A DNA stretch of 64,000 nucleotides from Nautiliaceae bacterium (GTDB lineage Bacteria > Campylobacterota > Campylobacteria > Campylobacterales > Nautiliaceae). The translations under genes were made by a program, and so were the position numbers. Below, in pieces: positions 1 to 6,829 of the stretch. Below the pieces are notes generated by a model. The model did not search any database. It had not been told where the DNA came from and saw only the letters and a program-made list of their open reading frames with translations. The stretch lies in assembly GCA_039831155.1 (NCBI GenBank), contig JBDONT010000009.1:1-64000 (forward strand), written 5' to 3'. Numbering within the stretch: position 1 is the stretch's first letter; each line of letters opens with the position of its first letter.

Positions 1-35
1 GTCGCAATCCCCTTAAATCGGGTCGGTGTTTCAAT
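1..35 (-). CRISPR. Leader-proximal CRISPR repeat (array presumably continues left of the window); transcribed orientation ATTGAAACACCGACCCGATTTAAGGGGATTGCGAC
   Basis: GC-richer 35-mer with CCC-GATTTAA-GGG hairpin followed by a 3' ATTGCGAC handle typical of type III-associated repeats; adjoins an AT-rich leader and cas1. Only one copy is visible. Confidence 0.8.
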
Positions 36-245
36 AGTCCTAAATTTCGGACTTTTGAAAGCGAATATTAAATTAATATTAAAAATTTTTAATGCGACTT
101 TTTGCGACAAAATACCTAAATTTCGGGTTTTCAAGGAACTTTTTTAAATTCGGCAAAAAATGCTAAAATTGTACGAAATTTATAAAAAAAGCAATATTTT
201 GCCCGATTTAAAATATATTAATATTATACCAAAAAGGAAGAAAAA
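36..245 (-). promoter_or_regulatory. CRISPR leader / divergent cas1 promoter region
   Basis: AT-rich non-coding 210 bp between repeat and cas1 start; contains direct and inverted repeats. Confidence 0.7.
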
Positions 246-1094
246 TTGAAAGATTTATTTATAACTCGCCCTGTTAAAATATCCAGAGATGCTAAAAGTT
301 TAAAAATAGAAGAAGGAAACTTTAAAAAAATTCCCGTTTCTTTGATAAGAAGCGTTTATATTTTTGGAAATGCGGAATTAAACAACAGTGCAAGAAATTT
401 ATTGTTAGAATATTCAAAACCTATTTATCTTTTTTCTTCAAAAGGAGAGTTTAGGGGGATTATTCATAATGCGAAATTAAAAAGCAATTATAAAAACAGA
501 ATTTTGCAGTATAAAAACATAGATAACTTAGATATCGCAAAATTTATTGTAAAAAAGAAAATCGAAACAATAGAGCACTATATAAAAAGGTCGTTAAACA
601 GATATAAAGAAAAACTTGAAAGTGCAGAAAAATTAAATGAAATTTTAGGAGTTGAGGGGAGTTGCAGTAGATATATGTTTGAAAAGATAAAAGATGACCT
701 TGCAAAAGCAGGTATAGAATTTAAAGGCAGAGAGTTTAGACCCGTTAAAGACAGAGTGAATTCTCTTTTGAGTTTTTCGTATTCCCTTTATTATATGTTT
801 TTGCATACCATTATTTTAGAAGAAGGTTTTGATCCGTATATCGGGTTCTTGCATAAAAAAAGGGGCACTCATATGGCTTTTGTAAGCGATGTTATGGAAG
901 GGTATAGGGTTTATCTTAGTGCTTTTGTAGTTAAAATTTTGAAAAAAGGAATAATGAAAGATGAAGATTTTAAAGACGGGATTTTTTTAAACTATGAAGG
1001 GAAAAAGAAGTTTATAAGTTACTATTTGGATTTTATAAAAATTCTTGATAATTCCTATTTTCTTGAAGAGATAAAAACTAAATTAAACGATTAG
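246..1094 (+). CDS. cas1: CRISPR-associated endonuclease Cas1
   Basis: ILGVEG, NSLLSFSY, GFDPYIGFLH, SDVME motifs (catalytic E/H/D-E); next to CRISPR repeat. Confidence 0.95.
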   Translation: MKDLFITRPVKISRDAKSLKIEEGNFKKIPVSLIRSVYIFGNAELNNSARNLLLEYSKPIYLFSSKGEFRGIIHNAKLKSNYKNRILQYKNIDNLDIAKFIVKKKIETIEHYIKRSLNRYKEKLESAEKLNEILGVEGSCSRYMFEKIKDDLAKAGIEFKGREFRPVKDRVNSLLSFSYSLYYMFLHTIILEEGFDPYIGFLHKKRGTHMAFVSDVMEGYRVYLSAFVVKILKKGIMKDEDFKDGIFLNYEGKKKFISYYLDFIKILDNSYFLEEIKTKLND

Positions 1095-2187
1095 TTATGA
1101 AGGTTTTGTCTAAGTTGCCATTTATTAAGAGTTCGTTTATATCTTTTCCATATTTTGCATCCCAGTTTAAAAACTTCACATTTACGTCATATTCTCTTGC
1201 TTTTTTGGCAAGGTTTAAGCTTCCTTGAAGACCGGCTTTATCTTTATCAAATGCTAAAATTATGGTTTTTCCCGTAAAATATGAAAAATTTATAGGGTTA
1301 AAGCTTCCGATTCCCTCAACTCCCACTACATTGATTTTTTTTAGTGAGAGTGCGTCGATATGACCTTCTGTGAAATAGAAAGTATCGAATTTTTTAAGTT
1401 TATTTAGTGTTAGTGGATATGGGAGTGGATTTAAAAATCTTTTGTTTGACATTTCAAGTTCTTTAAATTTTCCGGGGTATATGTTTCTGAATCTAAGAGC
1501 CGTTAGTAAATTTGAATGTAAATCAAAAGACGGTATTACCGTAAATGAAGAGAAACTGAATTTGAATTTTCCTTTGTGTAATATCCCGAATTGATTTAGG
1601 TATTTATAATCAAAAAGGTCTAAAAGTTTATCCGTTAAATTAAAAGTGTCTTCTTTTGATAAAAAGCCTATGTTTTTGAAATAAGTGATTTTTCTATTTA
1701 GATAATAAGCGTTTTTTAGAGTTTGGTCGGTTTTTAGAGAGAAGCTATAAATATAGGAGATAATGGTTTGAAATTTTTCTTCTAAATCAAGATATTTAAA
1801 GTTTTTTATATTTTCGCTAAGAGAGTAAATTTTTTGCTTTTCGGGGACTTTTAGAGGTTTTAGGATTATTTTTATTTTAATTTTTGTGGATTGATTATTT
1901 GATGGTACTTTATAGTTTTCTTCATAACCTTTTAAGAGATTAAAAATATCTTTATTGCTAAGCCCTCTAAATTCTTTGAGGTATGTCCAGATAGGGATAA
2001 TTTCTCCACATTTGTTTTTTCTGTTGCATATGATGATTGGTTTTAGTTCTGTTTTGTTTGGAATATATGCTTCTTTTTTGTGGCAAAAAGGACATCTTAA
2101 ATGATAATATGTAGCACGTTTTTTGGGTTCTAATTCCGGAAGTAAAAGTTCTATATCAATATTTTGAAAAAGTTTATTTAGATCCAT
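1078..2187 (-). CDS. DnaG-like primase: N-terminal Zn finger plus TOPRIM domain, no helicase
   Basis: CPFC...CNRKNKC Zn ligands; FTEGHIDALS, AFDKDKAG (DxD) and KDINELL TOPRIM primase motifs. Confidence 0.85.
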   Translation of the reverse strand: MDLNKLFQNIDIELLLPELEPKKRATYYHLRCPFCHKKEAYIPNKTELKPIIICNRKNKCGEIIPIWTYLKEFRGLSNKDIFNLLKGYEENYKVPSNNQSTKIKIKIILKPLKVPEKQKIYSLSENIKNFKYLDLEEKFQTIISYIYSFSLKTDQTLKNAYYLNRKITYFKNIGFLSKEDTFNLTDKLLDLFDYKYLNQFGILHKGKFKFSFSSFTVIPSFDLHSNLLTALRFRNIYPGKFKELEMSNKRFLNPLPYPLTLNKLKKFDTFYFTEGHIDALSLKKINVVGVEGIGSFNPINFSYFTGKTIILAFDKDKAGLQGSLNLAKKAREYDVNVKFLNWDAKYGKDINELLINGNLDKTFITNRLI

Positions 2188-2194
2188 AGAGACT

Positions 2195-2220
2195 CTTTTT
2201 TGTATAATTATACAAAAAAG
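2195..2220. promoter_or_regulatory. Perfect 26-bp palindrome containing TATAAT on both strands (putative bidirectional promoter for primase and cas2 genes)
   Basis: CTTTTTTGTATAATTATACAAAAAAG equals its own reverse complement; occupies most of the 41-bp gap between divergent start codons. Confidence 0.75.
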
Positions 2221-2228
2221 GATAAAAA

Positions 2229-2474
2229 TTGCGTTTTGTTGTTGCGTATGATGTAGAAGATGATAGAAAAAGGGTAAAAATTCAAAAGTTTATTTCATCT
2301 TTTAGCGATGATTTTCAAAAATCGGTGTATGAAATTGATGTGAAAAAATCTCAAATTAAAGAGATTTTTAAATTTTTAAATGAAATCTGTGAAGGAGATG
2401 ATAAATTTTTAATATTTCCGGTTATTGAAAGTTTCAGTTTCGGTAAGAAAAACAGAGTGGAGTTTATTATATGA
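2229..2474 (+). CDS. cas2: CRISPR-associated endoribonuclease Cas2 (copy 1)
   Basis: VVAYDVEDDRKRVKI and QKSVYE motifs, 81 aa. Confidence 0.9.
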   Translation: MRFVVAYDVEDDRKRVKIQKFISSFSDDFQKSVYEIDVKKSQIKEIFKFLNEICEGDDKFLIFPVIESFSFGKKNRVEFII

Positions 2475-2719
2475 ATTTAATAATTTCATATGACATCAGT
2501 GATGAGAAAAGATTAAGAAAGGTTGCTAAATATTTAGAAAAAGTTGGTCTTAGAGTTCAGTATTCTGTTTTTTTGTTTCCAAATCCTAAAAAGGAACATT
2601 TACAAAAAGTTATAAGGGATTTAGTTAAAATGATAGGGGAAGAAGATAGTATAAAAGTGTATAAATTCAGTATGAAATATGCTATTTCGAATTATGAAAT
2701 AGAAAAATTTATAGTATAG
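2471..2719 (+). CDS. cas2: CRISPR-associated endoribonuclease Cas2 (copy 2)
   Basis: ISYDISDEKRLRKVAKYLE and RVQYSVF motifs; ATGA overlap with copy 1. Confidence 0.95.
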   Translation: MNLIISYDISDEKRLRKVAKYLEKVGLRVQYSVFLFPNPKKEHLQKVIRDLVKMIGEEDSIKVYKFSMKYAISNYEIEKFIV

Positions 2720-2727
2720 GGATAAAA

Positions 2728-3081
2728 ATGGATGATATTTTTGTAAAAATAGATGAAATGTTTGAAAACGAAAATGTGGCTAAAGGGATTTTGAATGAGC
2801 TTAGAAATATTAAATTTGTTTTGACATCGGGAAGAGAATTTCAAAAAGAAGAAAAAAGGAAATTAAACAAAGCCTATTATAAGTTTTATTATGAGTTTAG
2901 AGAAAGAATGAAAGAAAGACCAAGAGAAGGGTATTTTCCAGAATTTGAAATAGATGGGAAAACATATGCCATTAATAAAAACGGACTTTTGTATGAAAAA
3001 ACTTCTAATAAAGTTTTGCCAAAATCAGAAGCGTTTAAAATTTATGAAAAGATATTTTATGAAGGATATTTTATAATGTGA
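2728..3081 (+). CDS. Hypothetical protein co-transcribed with cas2-cas2
   Basis: 117-aa ORF 8 bp after cas2 with AGGGA RBS; no motif recognised. Confidence 0.75.
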   Translation: MDDIFVKIDEMFENENVAKGILNELRNIKFVLTSGREFQKEEKRKLNKAYYKFYYEFRERMKERPREGYFPEFEIDGKTYAINKNGLLYEKTSNKVLPKSEAFKIYEKIFYEGYFIM

Positions 3082-3129
3082 CGTTTTTTGTCGTAAAAAT
3101 TTATTATTATTTTGGAAAAAAGGATTGAT

Positions 3130-3507
3130 ATGAAAAGAATGTTTTTGATTTTTTCTCATAAATTAACTGATGAGCAGATAAAAGATGCAAAAGGAAACTT
3201 GGGTATTGAGGAGTTTGTATATTTGCCGGAAAATCTTCAAAAAATTTGGTCGAATATCCCACCGGAAATTGAAGATATAAAGCCGTTGCTTGAAGATATT
3301 AAGCAGTTTTTAAGAGAAAACGCAAATAGTGGCGATGTTGTTTTGATTCAGGGGGATTTTGGAGCTGTTGTTGGGATGGTTGAGTTTGTAAGAAATTGGC
3401 TAATCCCTATTTATGCCACTACGAAGAGAGTATCAAAAGAGATAGAAAAAGATGGTAAAATTGTAAAGGTTAGCGAATTTAAGCACGTAAGATTTAGGAA
3501 ATATTAA
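3130..3507 (+). CDS. csx20: CRISPR-associated protein Csx20 (putative cyclic oligoadenylate ring nuclease)
   Basis: MFLIFSHKLT..QIKDA, WSNIPP, LIQGDFG, YATTKR, FKHVRFRKY motifs; ATG at 3130 has AAGGA RBS (track starts at TTG 3112). Confidence 0.85.
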   Translation: MKRMFLIFSHKLTDEQIKDAKGNLGIEEFVYLPENLQKIWSNIPPEIEDIKPLLEDIKQFLRENANSGDVVLIQGDFGAVVGMVEFVRNWLIPIYATTKRVSKEIEKDGKIVKVSEFKHVRFRKY

Positions 3508-3516
3508 GGAGATGGA

Positions 3517-4668
3517 ATGAAATTAATTGCAACACTTGGAACCACACCAGCAAATCATACTCATACTTATTATTTAGATAATAAAGAGTATAGAGAAGTT
3601 TTTTCATTTTTTGCTTTAAAGAAGCATTTTAATATTAAAGATAAAGATGTAATTATTGTAGGAACTTCTGGGACTAAACAATTTCAGGAAAAATTTATTA
3701 AAAATTTTGAATTTGTAGAAGTTGATGCGGATAATTTTGAAGATGTTTTTGCTAAAACTTTACACTCGATAGAAAATAACAGTATTGTCGATTTAACCCA
3801 GTCTTTTAAAAGTCTTGGATTTGGGGCTTTGCTTTCTTATAGTTTTTCAAAAAGCATAGGAAACAAAGTAAAAGATATTTATTATGCACAGGTTCAGAAT
3901 AATTGTAGTCCTGGTGGTAGTGAATGTAAATTTGTTTTTCAGTCTCTTAAAAAATATGAGGATATTGTTGAGCTTGTGAGGGAGATAAGTATTTTTATTG
4001 ATTCTTGGTATGTGTTGAATCAGGAAAAAGATGAGGAATTTAAAGTAATTCATAATAATTTACTTGAAATGTCCCAGATGTTGAGCGTGAATGATTTGGA
4101 TATTGAAGATAATGTTAAGAATTTAAAAAACGAAATAGATAGACTATTAAATAAAAAAGAGTATGCATACTTATATGAACATCTTAAAAAGTTACAAGAA
4201 GAAATTTTAAAAATTGATAATGCATTAGATACTTTTGAGCATAAAAAACTGATTAAATTTAGTAGGTTATATTTAGAAAAAAATTTTTTGCTTCAATCTC
4301 TTACTATGCTTTTTGAGGCTGCCAGTGCTTATTTGGAATTTAAGACAAAAGATTATTTTGAGTGTAAAAAGGGAGAGTTTAAAATTAAAAAAGGGGATGA
4401 TAAATATAAATTTAGGAATTGTTTAAAGTCAAAAATTTCGACAGTAAGATACGGGAAAAAAGTACCTGGTTATTTATTTAAGTTTATCGACATAGAAAAT
4501 TTAGAGAATTTTGCTAAACATTTAGTAAAAGTTGATGAACTTAGAAACAATTCAGCTCATGCGTTTATTAACGGAAAAAAAGAGGAATTTGAAAATAAAA
4601 AAAGCAAGTTTAAAGAAGATATAGAAAAAGAGTTAAAATATTTTGAAGAAATATTGTTAAGAAAATAA
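3517..4668 (+). CDS. csx1: Csx1/TM1812-like CARF-HEPN ribonuclease (type III effector)
   Basis: N-terminal IATLG, IIVGT, VDLTQSFKS (DxTxx CARF motif); C-terminal RNNSAH HEPN Rx4H. Confidence 0.8.
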   Translation: MKLIATLGTTPANHTHTYYLDNKEYREVFSFFALKKHFNIKDKDVIIVGTSGTKQFQEKFIKNFEFVEVDADNFEDVFAKTLHSIENNSIVDLTQSFKSLGFGALLSYSFSKSIGNKVKDIYYAQVQNNCSPGGSECKFVFQSLKKYEDIVELVREISIFIDSWYVLNQEKDEEFKVIHNNLLEMSQMLSVNDLDIEDNVKNLKNEIDRLLNKKEYAYLYEHLKKLQEEILKIDNALDTFEHKKLIKFSRLYLEKNFLLQSLTMLFEAASAYLEFKTKDYFECKKGEFKIKKGDDKYKFRNCLKSKISTVRYGKKVPGYLFKFIDIENLENFAKHLVKVDELRNNSAHAFINGKKEEFENKKSKFKEDIEKELKYFEEILLRK

Positions 4669-5022
4669 ATGAAAGCAATAGTTATAAGATATAAAACCCT
4701 TTCAAATCCAAAAAAATTAAAAGAGTATGATTTAGTGTTGCCTCAAGAAATGGGAAAAAGCGGTAATCATATTTTGGAGCAAGAGATAAAAGAAATTCAA
4801 AAATGGGTAAATGAAAATAATATAAAAGAGATTTTTATAACTAATTTGTCTAAAAAAGAAGCCGAGAAACTTCAAAAAAAGCTTGGTATAGACGTAGAGA
4901 TAATAAAAAACAATAAAAATATTTCAGATAAAATATTTGCTCTTTTATTGCTTTTAAAAAGACTTTCCATAAAAGGAACTTTAAAAGTAGGACTATTAGA
5001 AATTCCGTGTCAGTCTGGATAA
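4669..5022 (+). CDS. Hypothetical protein abutting csx1 (C-terminus possibly truncated)
   Basis: ATG immediately after csx1 stop; 117 aa; ends close to the IS end fragment. Confidence 0.65.
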   Translation: MKAIVIRYKTLSNPKKLKEYDLVLPQEMGKSGNHILEQEIKEIQKWVNENNIKEIFITNLSKKEAEKLQKKLGIDVEIIKNNKNISDKIFALLLLLKRLSIKGTLKVGLLEIPCQSG

Positions 5023-5229
5023 AATACTAAAAATCTTTGTAGCTGTTGGGTATGGCCTTATATCCCTACGGATAAATCCGAGGGCTTTACGGCGGTTTTT
5101 TGGTAATTCTATATCTCCACCTTTTAAGCTATCATCAACGCGACTCCCAAAAAGGTATATTTGGGCATCGTTTAAAACTTTATGAACCTGGGCTTTTATG
5201 ATTTCAATTTCTTTTGATGTTAGTCTCAA
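4996..5229 (-). pseudogene. MNT (minimal nucleotidyltransferase) antitoxin, interrupted after GGDI(E)L
   Basis: MRLT..EI..IK, IYLFGSRVDDSLKGGDI motif; remainder of the ORF reads into IS-end sequence. Confidence 0.8.
5055..5106 (-). mobile_element. Solitary IS200/IS605-family (IS608-like) left end with TTAC target
   Basis: Minus strand TTAC|CAAAAAACCGCCGT-AAAG-CCCTCGGATTTATCCGTAGGG-ATATAAGGC: target tetranucleotide, AAAG guide and bulged hairpin as in the IS608 left end; no tnpA/tnpB or right end seen. Confidence 0.75.
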
Positions 5230-5660
5230 TTTTTTCCTTTATTTTGAATTAGATAATTTATAGCTTCTATTTTTTCGTCATTATTGTAAGGATAGTCGTG
5301 GGCGATGCTGTTTCTGACTGCTCTAAATTCTGCCCATTTATCGATATCTACTATGTTTTTTTTGCTTAATTCTTTTAGTATTTCTAAAAAATTTTTATCT
5401 TGAACGGGATAATTTGGGTATTCTAAATATTTTCTGAAGATTTTTGCTACTAAAATATCTTTGAGTTTTGAAAATCTAAAAGCCAAAACATCCAGTTTGT
5501 CTTTTTGGGAAGTAGTGAAATTTTCTAATTTATCATAATCGATAGGATATAGTTTTTTTAACTCGGTTAAGACCTCTTTTAATCTGTTTATGTGAATATC
5601 ACACTCTTTAAGGTAAAAAATCAATCTATTTTTTGTAGTCATTATTTGCCTTTTACACAA
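5226..5660 (-). CDS. HEPN-domain toxin of MNT-HEPN pair, probably C-terminally truncated
   Basis: AFRFSKL.D, RNSIAHDYP (Rx4H); ends a few residues after NYLIQN, overlapping the MNT start; likely start ATG 5642. Confidence 0.75.
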   Translation of the reverse strand: MCKRQIMTTKNRLIFYLKECDIHINRLKEVLTELKKLYPIDYDKLENFTTSQKDKLDVLAFRFSKLKDILVAKIFRKYLEYPNYPVQDKNFLEILKELSKKNIVDIDKWAEFRAVRNSIAHDYPYNNDEKIEAINYLIQNKGKN

Positions 5661-5782
5661 AGTTTCATTGTTTAAGTTATATTTAAAAATTTTCTAAACG
5701 AAAAATCTCTTATTTAAAAGTGGCTTTTTTAAAATCTAAAAGAGTGTTATAATTTAGGTTAAAAAATTTTTAAGAGGAAAGA

Positions 5783-6829
5783 ATGAAAATTTTACATACT
5801 TCGGATTTACACATAGGGCATAATGTAAACGGAATAGACAGAACGGATGAATTTAAAAGACTTTTTGAGTGGTTTTATGAGACGATAGAGAGAAAAAAAG
5901 TTGATGTTTTGATTATCAGTGGAGATGTTTTTGATGTTTATTATCCTTCAAACGAAGCGATTAAGCTTTATTATGATTTTTTGGTATCTCTTAAAAACAG
6001 ACTTCAAAAAGTAATAGTAATAGGCGGCAATCACGACTCTCCCAAACACTTAAGAGCCCCTAAGGATGTTTTAAAATATCTTAATATAGTGGTTGTGAGT
6101 GGAAGTGAGGACGATTATTTGGAGGTTGTGGAGTTTGATGATTTTGAGGTTGTTTGTGTGCCTTATTTGAGAGAGGGGATTTTAAAAAAATACGATAGTG
6201 ATTTTAAAGAAGCGTTTAGGAAAATATACGAAAGAAAAAGTCGCAAAAAATCGATAGCTACCGGGCATTTTAGTGTTTACGGAAGTGATTTGGGAGGGAG
6301 TGAGAGAGATATTTATATAGGCAAAATAGAAGCCGTCCCAAGCAGTGTTTTTGAGGAGTATGATTATGTGGCTTTGGGGCATATTCACAAACCTCAAGAG
6401 ATAAAAAAAGGTATAGTTTACAGTGGTTCTCCTTTGCAGCTGGGGTTTAATGAGAATTATCAAAAAAAGGTTGTTTTGCTTGATAGCGAAAGTATGGAAT
6501 ATGAGTTTTTGGATGTACCGAAATTTAGGGAGTTTTATTCTTTAACGGGTAATTTTGAGGAGGTTTTAAAAGAAATAGAAGATTTAAAAGACGCTTTTGT
6601 TGAGATTGAATTAAATGAGATTGTCTCTTCTTTTGATTTGGAGAAGTTAAGAGAAAATGAAACCCTTGATATAGTAAAAATAAAAATGCCTATAAAAATA
6701 GCAAAAACCGAAATGAATATAAAAAACGTAGCTCCTAAGGATTTTATAAAAGAGATTTTTAAAAATGAGGATGATTTGGAAGAGATTTTAAAAATAATAG
6801 ACGAAATTAGGAGAGAAGATGAAGATTAA
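5783..6829 (+). CDS. sbcD: Exonuclease SbcCD subunit D
   Basis: MKILHTSDLHIG, SGDVFD, GNHDS, GHF, ALGHIH, YSGSP metallophosphoesterase motifs. Confidence 0.95.
   Translation: MKILHTSDLHIGHNVNGIDRTDEFKRLFEWFYETIERKKVDVLIISGDVFDVYYPSNEAIKLYYDFLVSLKNRLQKVIVIGGNHDSPKHLRAPKDVLKYLNIVVVSGSEDDYLEVVEFDDFEVVCVPYLREGILKKYDSDFKEAFRKIYERKSRKKSIATGHFSVYGSDLGGSERDIYIGKIEAVPSSVFEEYDYVALGHIHKPQEIKKGIVYSGSPLQLGFNENYQKKVVLLDSESMEYEFLDVPKFREFYSLTGNFEEVLKEIEDLKDAFVEIELNEIVSSFDLEKLRENETLDIVKIKMPIKIAKTEMNIKNVAPKDFIKEIFKNEDDLEEILKIIDEIRREDED

Noticed and set aside
1078-2187. Calling the primase a known CAPP or the housekeeping dnaG
   Set aside because: Motifs are TOPRIM, not AEP; it is short with a C4-type Zn finger and lacks the DnaG C-terminal region
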